Assembly (NCBI GenBank): GCA_041483895.1
Contig: JBGPGO010000007.1
Coordinates: forward strand, 96,001-160,000
Origin: Fimbriimonadia bacterium
GTDB taxonomy: Bacteria > Armatimonadota > Fimbriimonadia > Fimbriimonadales > JABRVX01
Reading direction: 5' to 3'
DNA: 64,000 nt
The stretch's first letter is position 1. Every line of letters starts with the position of its first letter. Below are positions 46,508 to 55,164 of the stretch, piece after piece. The translations under genes were made by a program, and so were the position numbers. The notes below the pieces were generated by a model, which was given only the letters and a program-made list of their open reading frames with translations, had not been told where the DNA came from and did no database searches.

Positions 46508-48863
46508 AGCTCGTTGCCGATACGGAGTGGATTGCGCCGGAACCGGCAGAGGTCAGCAAATTTCCATCGAGCGGCTCGCCATCCACATGGAGTTGCAGCG
46601 CTTTCTCCAACCCGGTGATGTTGAATCGTATGTCGAACCGTTCTCCTCGGAATCGCCGCATCACGCGGTAGGTCTCCCAGGCGCCCGGCTCGATGAGCAG
46701 GCCTTTTCGAGTCGCCCGCACCCCGCACAGCCAATCGAGCGCGATCCGGTACATCCAGGCGGAAGAGCCCGTGTACCATGTCCAGCCGGCTCTGCCCTCA
46801 TTTGGCGAGTCAGGTCCATCCACGTTTCCTGGCATGACATAGGGTTCGGCGGCGTACCGCCCTGCATCCTCCGCCGCTCGGCAAGGCGGAGACATTGACC
46901 GGTAAATGGAGTAGGCGGTTTCCATTTCGCCCATCATGGCGAAGGCTTGAATCGCCCACGTGGAAGCATGGCTGTACACCCCGCCATTCTCCCGAAGTCC
47001 GGGCGCGTATCGCGTTATGTAGCCGAGGGACGGATCGACGGAGTCAAACGCCGGCGCGAGGAGCAGCGCCCCGTACGGCTTGACCAGACGTTCGCGGACC
47101 GACTCCATGGCTGTCCGTACCCGCTCCGGGGTACCGCTGCCGCTGATTGCGGCCCAGGTCTGCGGATTGAGGAAGATGGAACCCTCTTTGCACTCGTGGC
47201 TGCCGAACGGCCTCCCGTCGTCGCGGAAACCGGCGACGTACCAATCGCCATCCCATCCGTGCTTGTTGATCGCTGTGAAGAGCTCTTCGTTTGCCAAATC
47301 GTAACCCGCAACGAGGTCGCAGCGCCCCAATTCTTTGAGCGTTGGAGTGAGCCGCCGAAGAATGTCGACAAGGAACATCGCCAGCCAGACGCTTTCCCCT
47401 TTCCCGTCGATCCCCGCATGGCTGAGGCCGTCGTTCCAGTCGCCGGCTCCGATCAGCGGCAATCCCCGCGCCGATCGTCTTTCCAGAGCGCGATCGATGC
47501 CGCGCAGAACATGATCCAACACCGTTCCCTTCGCCCCGAATCGCTGTGTGGTTCTCGATAGGAAACGGCATGGTTCCTCGGCAAAGTCGAGGTCGTTCGA
47601 CTCATCAAGATAGGCGAGGAATCCATAAGCGGGCCACAAACTGGTGTCGCTGTGGCGGCTTTCGGAGAATATCTCGGTACCCGGATGCCACCAGTGCCGG
47701 ACACCGCCGTCTTCATACATGGCTTCCAGGTGCGTCCGCAACTGCTGCTTGGTCTTCTCCGGATGCAAGGAGCACCAAAGCAGGCTGTCTTGCAGTTGAT
47801 CCCGGTACCCGTATGCGCCGCCCTGCTGATAGTAGCCGCATCGAGCCTGCAGGCGGCCGACAATCGTTTGATATTTCATCCAGTGGTTGGTCAGTAGGTT
47901 CACGCCTTCGTCCGGAGTTTCGATGAACGTCTCTTGCAACAACCGACTCCAATGGTCCTTCAGCCGGTCCAATTCTCGCTGTGCCTGGCAGATCGTCCAT
48001 CCCTCGCTCGCCTGCTCGGCCGCGGCACGGTCGGTTTCCGCTCCCAGCACAAATAAAAGAGTCTTCGTTTCGCCCGGTCCTAAACTCAATGGGACAATCA
48101 CTGAGGCGATTGGGTCTTGCCACCGTGTTCCAGCACAGGAGGGATCTTGCCGTCGAAGCGAGTCGGGGTTTGCAAGGCTTCCACCCGGACCGATGAAGGA
48201 GGCTTTGCTGGTGTTCCACGCGACGGACTCCGCTCCCTTGACGGCGTGAAATGCGAATAGCTCGCAATCCTCCGGTTCCCGAATGTTCTCCTTCATCCCC
48301 GGGTGCTTCCAAGCCAAGCATCGATCGGATGCGCAGGAGGTTTCTATGAACAGCCGATGGAATTCCCGGTGCCATTCGCCGACAGCTCCCAGAAACCAAT
48401 CGACATAGGAAGCGACGCGCAAGGAGCGCGTTTCGGCGCCAATGTTCGTCACCTCTAACAGCCAGAGTTCGCAGTTGGCTTCGAGAGGGACGAAGCAGGT
48501 CTGGCGGGACCGAATGCCGAACAGCTCACGCTCGAATATCGTGTACCCGAGCCCGTGGGTCACCGCTTCAATATCTGCCCGCAGCCGCGTCGGCCCCCAG
48601 GTTGTTGACCAAGGTGGGCCCGGCTGGTCGAGGTCCTGGAGGTAGATATAACGGCCGTAGGCGTCGGCAACCAGATCTTGCTCCCACCTGGTGATTCGGT
48701 GGAGCTGGCAATTGTCCAGCCAGGAGAACCCGCCTCCCGCCTGGCTCACGATGGCGGAATACCGTCCATTGCTGAGAATATTGACCCAAGGCGTCGGGGT
48801 TCGGGGATCGGTGATAATGAACTCTCGGCCGTCTGGGGAGAAAAATCCGAATTCGTTGGGCAT
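46485..48863 (-). CDS. GH94 glycoside phosphorylase
   Basis: TPTPWVN, YQQGGAYGYRDQLQD, GDWNDG, ENGGVYSH and WTWYTGS. Confidence 0.9.
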   Translation of the reverse strand: MPNEFGFFSPDGREFIITDPRTPTPWVNILSNGRYSAIVSQAGGGFSWLDNCQLHRITRWEQDLVADAYGRYIYLQDLDQPGPPWSTTWGPTRLRADIEAVTHGLGYTIFERELFGIRSRQTCFVPLEANCELWLLEVTNIGAETRSLRVASYVDWFLGAVGEWHREFHRLFIETSCASDRCLAWKHPGMKENIREPEDCELFAFHAVKGAESVAWNTSKASFIGPGGSLANPDSLRRQDPSCAGTRWQDPIASVIVPLSLGPGETKTLLFVLGAETDRAAAEQASEGWTICQAQRELDRLKDHWSRLLQETFIETPDEGVNLLTNHWMKYQTIVGRLQARCGYYQQGGAYGYRDQLQDSLLWCSLHPEKTKQQLRTHLEAMYEDGGVRHWWHPGTEIFSESRHSDTSLWPAYGFLAYLDESNDLDFAEEPCRFLSRTTQRFGAKGTVLDHVLRGIDRALERRSARGLPLIGAGDWNDGLSHAGIDGKGESVWLAMFLVDILRRLTPTLKELGRCDLVAGYDLANEELFTAINKHGWDGDWYVAGFRDDGRPFGSHECKEGSIFLNPQTWAAISGSGTPERVRTAMESVRERLVKPYGALLLAPAFDSVDPSLGYITRYAPGLRENGGVYSHASTWAIQAFAMMGEMETAYSIYRSMSPPCRAAEDAGRYAAEPYVMPGNVDGPDSPNEGRAGWTWYTGSSAWMYRIALDWLCGVRATRKGLLIEPGAWETYRVMRRFRGERFDIRFNITGLEKALQLHVDGEPLDGNLLTSAGSGAIHSVSATSCEARNQP

Positions 48864-48924
48864 GACACCCTGGTGAGGCATTCGAGTCTCAATTCTTGGA
48901 GGAAGTTGGTCAATTCTACCAGAA

Positions 48925-49043
48925 CTGAAACCTTTCTGCAACCCGCATTTTTCCTTAAGTCATAGAAAATACCTACCCCGAAAGGTTGCTGTGTGGCACA
49001 AGTTGTGATATCATGAGGTAGCAACTGCTGAAAGGCTTCAGCA
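48925..49043. promoter_or_regulatory. Two LacI-type operators in the divergent promoter
   Basis: CTGAAACCTTTCTG at 48925-48938 and TGCTGAAAGGCTTCAGCA at 49026-49043. Confidence 0.7.
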
Positions 49044-49064
49044 AAACATCAAAAAAATCGGAGC

Positions 49065-50783
49065 ATGAACGTCATGAAGACGCGTACCCTGCTTTGTGCG
49101 GCTGTTGGCATCTGTCTGGTGGCAACAGGCTCCGCGCAAAGGTTTTCATCAATCTACAAGTCCGAAAGGTACTTCAACGACAACCCCTTATCGGTCCTCA
49201 AGTCGACCGACCAATATCCGAAAAGTTTGAAGATGGACGAAAGCAACCTCAATGTCAATATCAATCGGCACGTCTATTACTTTTCGGAAGACGGCGGCGC
49301 CAATCCGTCGTTATTCAACAACACCGAGTATTGGAATATTTCAACGGATGTCACGATCAATCATGATCCTGTGGTTTACCGGCAGGAAGCGGGAATCTAC
49401 TTCAACTACAACGGTTGGGACGGCCAGATGATGGTGGCCTCCGACGGCGAAGTCGCTGTCTTCGGCTACATTCTTCCGTTCCACACATTCGGCAACATTT
49501 ATACAGAAGGCACCACGATCCGAATCGGGATTCGCTATTTCAACGATCCCAATGACGGACTCAACAAGCTGGAGTATTACGCCGGGAACAACAGCGTGGT
49601 GTACACACCCGGTAACACGGAACAGGGTTTGCTGGACGGCACGAAGCTAGGCTTCTACGCTCAGGACCGGGGCGATGCAGGCAACCCGACCGAGACTCAC
49701 ATTCGATTCAGCCACATCGTCGCGGGGTTAGATCCCGATCCGTTCGCCAATGTCCAGATCAACGAGAGAGTTTTCAACGACACCCCGGGCAGTGTTTTGA
49801 CAACAACGAACAGCTATCCGGACAGCATTCAGTTCGCCGAAACGGGACTCAACAATGGTCTCAATCGGCACCTTTGGTACTTCTCTCCGAACGGAGTTGA
49901 CGCGAGTCTGTTCGGCAACACGGAGTATTGGAACGTCGCGATGGATGTGACAATCCAGCCGACGCCGAGCGGACCGAGACGCCAGGAAGCCGGCATGTAC
50001 TTCAACTACAACGGCTGGGACGGCCAGTTCATGGTGGCCTCCGATGGGGAGATAGCCATATTTGGCTACATTCTGCCGTTCTACAAGTTCAAGACGACGT
50101 ACGCGGTCGGCACGACGATCACCATAGGGATGCGCTACTTCAACGATCCCTGTGATGGCAAGAACAAGCTGGAATACTACGCAGGCAACGAATCCAAGGT
50201 CGTCACACCGGACAACGGCGAACAAGGACTGTTGACCGGAACCAAATTGGGCGCGTATTGCCAGCATGGCGGCAGCCTGGCCGAGCCGCACGACGTGACC
50301 TCGACCTTTAGCCATATCGTCGGCGTCCACTGGTTCAATTCGACGGCCTCGTCAATCGGTGGCGCGGTATCGCTCGACCTGTTCTCCGGCGATCCAAGCA
50401 TACTTTCCGGTGAGCTCGAGCTCCGAGATCCGGACACCAATGCAGTTCTCAACACCTATGGCGTCACCCTGGAAAGCGATGGCACGTACACGGTTCCTTC
50501 CGTCGTTCCCGGCACATACGACGTCGCCTTCAAGCTGGACCACTTCCTAAGAGAAGTGAGTTCCTCGGTCGAAATTGGCGCCGGCTGCGCAACGGCGGAC
50601 TTCAATCAAATCAACGGAGATGCGGACGGCAACAATCAGGTCGCCCTCCCGGACCTCAACCAACTGTTCATCAACTTCGCTTCCACCACCGAACCCGGTT
50701 CGGATCTGGATGGAAGCGGACAAGTGGACCTGGGAGACATCAATGCCGTCTTCCTGAACTTTGCCATGGTTGGAGCGCCTTAG
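49065..50783 (+). CDS. Secreted protein with two tandem ~190-aa domains and a C-terminal dockerin/EF-hand-like domain
   Basis: Signal peptide; duplicated ER.FND...YFNYNGWDGQ.MVASDGE...FSHIV; GDADGNNQVALPDL and SDLDGSGQVDLGD. Confidence 0.85.
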   Translation: MNVMKTRTLLCAAVGICLVATGSAQRFSSIYKSERYFNDNPLSVLKSTDQYPKSLKMDESNLNVNINRHVYYFSEDGGANPSLFNNTEYWNISTDVTINHDPVVYRQEAGIYFNYNGWDGQMMVASDGEVAVFGYILPFHTFGNIYTEGTTIRIGIRYFNDPNDGLNKLEYYAGNNSVVYTPGNTEQGLLDGTKLGFYAQDRGDAGNPTETHIRFSHIVAGLDPDPFANVQINERVFNDTPGSVLTTTNSYPDSIQFAETGLNNGLNRHLWYFSPNGVDASLFGNTEYWNVAMDVTIQPTPSGPRRQEAGMYFNYNGWDGQFMVASDGEIAIFGYILPFYKFKTTYAVGTTITIGMRYFNDPCDGKNKLEYYAGNESKVVTPDNGEQGLLTGTKLGAYCQHGGSLAEPHDVTSTFSHIVGVHWFNSTASSIGGAVSLDLFSGDPSILSGELELRDPDTNAVLNTYGVTLESDGTYTVPSVVPGTYDVAFKLDHFLREVSSSVEIGAGCATADFNQINGDADGNNQVALPDLNQLFINFASTTEPGSDLDGSGQVDLGDINAVFLNFAMVGAP

Positions 50784-50808
50784 GCGTCACCATACTTCGC
50801 TAGTGACT

Positions 50809-50845
50809 AGCCCCCGGCCATGAAGCAATGGCTGGGGGCTTTCTT
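50809..50845 (+). terminator. Intrinsic terminator-like hairpin
   Basis: AGCCCCCGGCCA-loop-TGGCTGGGGGCT followed by TTCTT; second hairpin at 50865-50887 between the convergent genes. Confidence 0.6.
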
Positions 50846-50909
50846 GAGCCTGGAATACGAACGAACCCCGGCGGATACCGCCGGGGTCGTCGGACCGGAC
50901 GCTGCGAAT

Positions 50910-51656
50910 CTAGAATGGAAGGGAATTACAGAATGTGTCGAGCCAGGGAATCGATGTCGGCGAGCCGTTGATATCGTAGACCCATTGGCCGCGCGTGTAT
51001 TGCCACATGTTTTCCGCATTATCCGGCTGGCAGGTCAGTCGGAGAGGGATGTTTTTCGAGTGGCCATCCATGAAGAGTGTGACCATGGAGCGATCATCAC
51101 GGCGGCCGCCACCCCAGTTCGGGATGTTCCAACCGCCTTTTCCGTTGTAGAGATACTCAATCCATGGACCGTAGTCCGGGTACACGTCCTTGTTTTCCGC
51201 AACGACAATCGCTTTCGCCGGTTCGTGGACGGACCGAGCGGTGTAATTGGCCACGTCCTGCCAATTCCCGGTTTTGAAGAACGGTCTGTAGTAAAAGTAA
51301 CCGCGATAGAAGCGTGGTTTTACCGGGTTTGTCATAACGGCTTGCTCATCGAAGATGCGCGCGCCCGGATTCAGAGGATCCTTGAAAACTTCGGCGCTTT
51401 TCGCGTACGGCTGCAAACCGTGCTTCCAACTCCGGCGCCCGTCATCGTCTCGGATCTTGAACATGACGCCGTTCTGATCGTCCACGTACATCTGAATTGC
51501 GGTGCCGATCTGCTTCATGTTCGAGATGGTAACTGTTCCCATCGCGGAAACCCGCGCGCTGGCAAACACTGGGAAAAGAATGGCTGCCAGAATGGCAATG
51601 ATAGCGATTACCACGAGAAGCTCGATGAGAGTAAAGGCCTTTTTATTCAATTTCAT
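50910..51656 (-). CDS. Prepilin N-terminal cleavage/methylation (DUF1559-like) protein
   Basis: KAFTLIELLVVIAIIAILAAILFPVF, SNMKQIG and FMDGH. Confidence 0.92.
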   Translation of the reverse strand: MKLNKKAFTLIELLVVIAIIAILAAILFPVFASARVSAMGTVTISNMKQIGTAIQMYVDDQNGVMFKIRDDDGRRSWKHGLQPYAKSAEVFKDPLNPGARIFDEQAVMTNPVKPRFYRGYFYYRPFFKTGNWQDVANYTARSVHEPAKAIVVAENKDVYPDYGPWIEYLYNGKGGWNIPNWGGGRRDDRSMVTLFMDGHSKNIPLRLTCQPDNAENMWQYTRGQWVYDINGSPTSIPWLDTFCNSLPF

Positions 51657-51672
51657 TCGATCACCTCAAGAC

Positions 51673-52707
51673 TTAGCTTGTATAAAGTTCGGGACGGCTG
51701 GTCGAGCCCCGCACGTCAATCGCGAGCGGGAAGACGACCTGCAAGTGGTCTACGGGTTGTTTATGAACAATCGAGGCCAGCAGGATGGTTGCCCGCCTCG
51801 CCATATCTCGAATCGGTTGACGAATACTGGTTAGTTTCGGGTCGACCCGATCGCATGAATCCGTGCTGTCAAACCCCACGATTGACACGTCCTTGGGAAC
51901 CGCCAGACCCAGTTCGCACAGTAGCCGCAGGCAGTTGAACGCCACGTCATCGGACCAGACAAAAAGCGCCGTCGGTCGGTCCTTGCGGTTCATCAAATCG
52001 ATGAGCGCCCCAGTGTTCGAAGAAGGGGTTTCCATCGTGACAACCATCTCCGGATCGAACGGCAACGACGCCTCCTCAAGGGCGCTTCGAAAGCCATGCA
52101 GGCGATCCGTGGAACTCCGCGACCCGTGCGGTCCCCGAATCATACCAAGCCGCTTGTGCCCAAGTGAAATCAAGTGTTCGGCCGCCAGCCGGCCGCCAGA
52201 ATAGTTATCGGCATCCACAAAGGGTACGTCCGGATCGTCGGTCCGCGTGAAAAACAGAACGCTCGGAAACTTGCGGTTCAACAGGTCCAGCTGTGTTTGA
52301 TCGTCGACGTCTCGCAGAACCAAAGCGCCGTCCACACGGCCATCGGAGATCACATCGGCTTCGCTCCCCGCGCCGTTTACGGCTTTCGTGTGGAGCAGCA
52401 GGTCCATCCCAGTCTCCACGCATCCCTCGCACACGCCGTGCATCGCCTCGGCAATGAAATTCGACCACGATGAAAAGTAGGTGGCATACTGAAAAACGAC
52501 GGCGATCGTATCGGTCTTCTGTTTCAAAAGCATCTTTGCCAACGCGTTGGGCCGATAGCCTAACTCGCGGGCGACCTCAATCACCCGTTCTTCCGTGCCG
52601 GCACTGATGCGCGCCTCTGTTGCCCTGCCGTTCAGGACGTAGCTGACGGTGACCTTGCTGACCCCGGCAAGGCGTGCCACATCCTCAATCGTATTTCTCT
52701 TCTCCAT
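51673..52707 (-). CDS. LacI family transcriptional regulator
   Basis: TIEDVARLAGVSKVTVSYVLN and VSIVGFD. Confidence 0.95.
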   Translation of the reverse strand: MEKRNTIEDVARLAGVSKVTVSYVLNGRATEARISAGTEERVIEVARELGYRPNALAKMLLKQKTDTIAVVFQYATYFSSWSNFIAEAMHGVCEGCVETGMDLLLHTKAVNGAGSEADVISDGRVDGALVLRDVDDQTQLDLLNRKFPSVLFFTRTDDPDVPFVDADNYSGGRLAAEHLISLGHKRLGMIRGPHGSRSSTDRLHGFRSALEEASLPFDPEMVVTMETPSSNTGALIDLMNRKDRPTALFVWSDDVAFNCLRLLCELGLAVPKDVSIVGFDSTDSCDRVDPKLTSIRQPIRDMARRATILLASIVHKQPVDHLQVVFPLAIDVRGSTSRPELYTS

Positions 52708-52712
52708 CGTTG

Positions 52713-52860
52713 CTGAAACCTTTCACCTAAAGTGTAACATACTGTCGGGTCGTGCCGTTATTCTCTGTAGCGATTCCGAATAAACACGTAATTATACCAG
52801 GCTATCTCCCGATAGTTACGAGATGGTCCTGGAGCTACAATCAGTGCTGAATGGTTTCAG
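52713..52860. promoter_or_regulatory. Two LacI-type operators (autoregulatory and upstream of the small ORF)
   Basis: CTGAAACCTTTCA at 52713-52725 and CTGAATGGTTTCAG at 52847-52860. Confidence 0.7.
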
Positions 52861-52876
52861 TTTGGAGAATTGAGCG

Positions 52877-53077
52877 ATGAGAAAAGAAATTCCAGCGAAA
52901 ACGATGGCAGTCATCGGCGTTTTGATCGTCGCCGTCTTGGGAATCCTCGTTTGGCAAGTTTTCTTCAAGTCGGGGCCTACGAGTCCAGCAGAGATCGGAA
53001 TCGGCGCGCCTGCGCTTCCGGGTGGCGGCACCGTCTCTCCCGGCAGTGGCAGCAACCCGAACGGGTCTGGAAAGTAA
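52877..53077 (+). CDS. Small single-pass membrane protein
   Basis: RBS GGAG; hydrophobic helix followed by a Gly/Pro-rich tail. Confidence 0.6.
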   Translation: MRKEIPAKTMAVIGVLIVAVLGILVWQVFFKSGPTSPAEIGIGAPALPGGGTVSPGSGSNPNGSGK

Positions 53078-53231
53078 AGCGAGTCAACCGGCCGTTACTA
53101 TGGGCTTGGCCCTAGGCTCCTTGGCGGAGAGTCGTTCAATCGAATCTCCCATTCGGTTGGCACGGCACTTAACTTCGTTCGTCAAAGGTATTGTAGAATG
53201 CCGGGTATTGGTTGTAATCAGGGGAGGGGAC

Positions 53232-54245
53232 ATGGACGAGCAGGCTCACTTGGCGCAGTTAGACCAGATTCGACAGCAGTATGAGACGCTGCTCGAGGAA
53301 GTTCACAAAGTTATCATTGGCCAAGACGATGTTGTCCGCCATCTGGTGAGCGCGCTCTTTGCGAAGGGACATTGTATCGTCATTGGCGTGCCCGGCCTTG
53401 CGAAAACCCTTCTTGTGAAAACCCTGGCCCAATGCCTTTCCTGGGACTTCAAACGCATTCAGTTCACTCCCGACCTGATGCCCAGCGACATCATCGGCAC
53501 GGAGATTCTGGACACCGACCCGGCAAGCGGCGGACGCTCTCTTCGTTTCGTCCGGGGTCCGGTCTTCGCCAATGTCATCCTCGCTGACGAAATCAACCGC
53601 ACTCCGCCGAAAACTCAAAGCGCCCTTCTGGAGGCGATGCAGGAGTATGCCGTTACCGTTGCGGGCCACACGATGCCGCTCGACCCGCCGTTCTTCGTCG
53701 TCGCCACGCAAAACCCGATCGAGCAGGAAGGCACCTATCCATTGCCCGAAGCCCAGCTTGACCGGTTTATGTACAGCCTCTACATCGATTACCCCACCGC
53801 CGAGGAAGAGGAAGCGATCGCCGAAAGCACGACGACGAACGAAGTGCCGGAAGCAGGGACCGTGTTCACCAAGGAGGAACTGCTGAACGCCCAGCGGTTG
53901 GTGCGTGAGATTCCCGTCTCGCCGCACGTAGTCAAATACGCCGTCTCCCTCGCCCGTGCCAGCCGGCCCGGTTCTCCGGAAGCGCCATCGATGATCAAGA
54001 AATACTCGCAATGGGGCGCCGGTCCGCGCGCCGCCCAATACCTGCTGCTGGGAGGCAAGGCATTTGCCGTCATGCAAGGCAAACCAACGCCGACCGCCGC
54101 CGACCTGCGCCAGATCGCCCCGCTGGTTCTGCGCCACCGAATCATCCCCAACTACGCCGCGGTTGCCGACGGAATCACCGCCGCACACCTCGTCCAGGAC
54201 CTTTTGCACAATGTGCGGGAGCCCGCGTATGCAACCGAAGGATGA
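53232..54245 (+). CDS. MoxR AAA+ ATPase
   Basis: GVPGLAKT, RIQFTPDLMPSD, DEINR, ATQNPIEQEGTYPLPEAQLDRF. Confidence 0.95.
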   Translation: MDEQAHLAQLDQIRQQYETLLEEVHKVIIGQDDVVRHLVSALFAKGHCIVIGVPGLAKTLLVKTLAQCLSWDFKRIQFTPDLMPSDIIGTEILDTDPASGGRSLRFVRGPVFANVILADEINRTPPKTQSALLEAMQEYAVTVAGHTMPLDPPFFVVATQNPIEQEGTYPLPEAQLDRFMYSLYIDYPTAEEEEAIAESTTTNEVPEAGTVFTKEELLNAQRLVREIPVSPHVVKYAVSLARASRPGSPEAPSMIKKYSQWGAGPRAAQYLLLGGKAFAVMQGKPTPTAADLRQIAPLVLRHRIIPNYAAVADGITAAHLVQDLLHNVREPAYATEG

Positions 54246-55164
54246 GATCCCCTCGACTTCGCTCGGGGCAGGTGGCACTGGGCGGCGCTTCCTCCAACCC
54301 GCGGACCTAAAGCGTCTGCAAAATTTGCAGTTCGCCGCGAAATTGATCGTCGAGGGCTATTTCCAGGGCAAGCACCGCTCGCCCTATTACGACTTCTCTT
54401 CAGAATTCGCCGACTATCGCCCCTACACGCCGGGCGACGAAATCCGTGCCATTGATTGGAGGGCCTTCGCGCGCACGGATCGCTTCTATATCAAGCTGTA
54501 TCGCAAAGAGACCGACATGAACTGCTGCGTCCTCGTGGACAAGAGCAATTCCATGGCATTTCGCGGCAGCTCGCCCCTTACGAAGCTCGAATATGCCAAT
54601 TTCCTCGCGGCCGCCCTGTCCTATTTAATGATAATGCAGGGGGACAAGACCGGCCTGGCGCTCTGCGACGACAAAATGTCCGGCTTCGTGCCCGCCGGCG
54701 GCACCATGCGAACGCTCCAGCAAATGCTGGTGACATTGGAGCGCGCCACCCCCGGCGGCCCGACGAAGCTCGCGGAAGGCCTTCGCGTGCTGTTCAGCCT
54801 GCTGAAGCGCAAGGGTCTTCTTGTCGTGATCTCCGATTTCCTGGACGACACGAGCGAGGTCTTTTCCGCCCTCAGCATGTTCGCGCATAAGGGCTTTGCT
54901 ATCTTGCTCTTTCACGTCCTGACCGATGACGAAATGAATCTTCCGCTGGTCAGCAACGCGTTGTTTCAAGACATGGAATCGCCCGCGTCCGTTTCCGTGG
55001 AGCCGGAACCGATCCGTGCGGCCTATCAGGAGGAGATGCGCGGGTTCATTGCGGAGATGGAATCGAACGCGAAGGCACGCAGAATGCACTACCAGCTTGC
55101 CACGACAGCCGAACCGTATACCAGAGCTCTCGAAGCCTATCTGACGGCAAGGGCCAGGCTATAA
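54229..55164 (+). CDS. DUF58 vWA-like protein
   Basis: EFADYRPY.PGDEIRAIDW, DKSNSM and ISDF. Confidence 0.92.
   Translation: MQPKDEIPSTSLGAGGTGRRFLQPADLKRLQNLQFAAKLIVEGYFQGKHRSPYYDFSSEFADYRPYTPGDEIRAIDWRAFARTDRFYIKLYRKETDMNCCVLVDKSNSMAFRGSSPLTKLEYANFLAAALSYLMIMQGDKTGLALCDDKMSGFVPAGGTMRTLQQMLVTLERATPGGPTKLAEGLRVLFSLLKRKGLLVVISDFLDDTSEVFSALSMFAHKGFAILLFHVLTDDEMNLPLVSNALFQDMESPASVSVEPEPIRAAYQEEMRGFIAEMESNAKARRMHYQLATTAEPYTRALEAYLTARARL
54249..54272 (+). repeat. Family D hairpin repeat in the DUF58 N-terminus
   Basis: CCCCTCGACTTCGCTCGGGGCAGG, encoding PSTSLGAG. Confidence 0.6.
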
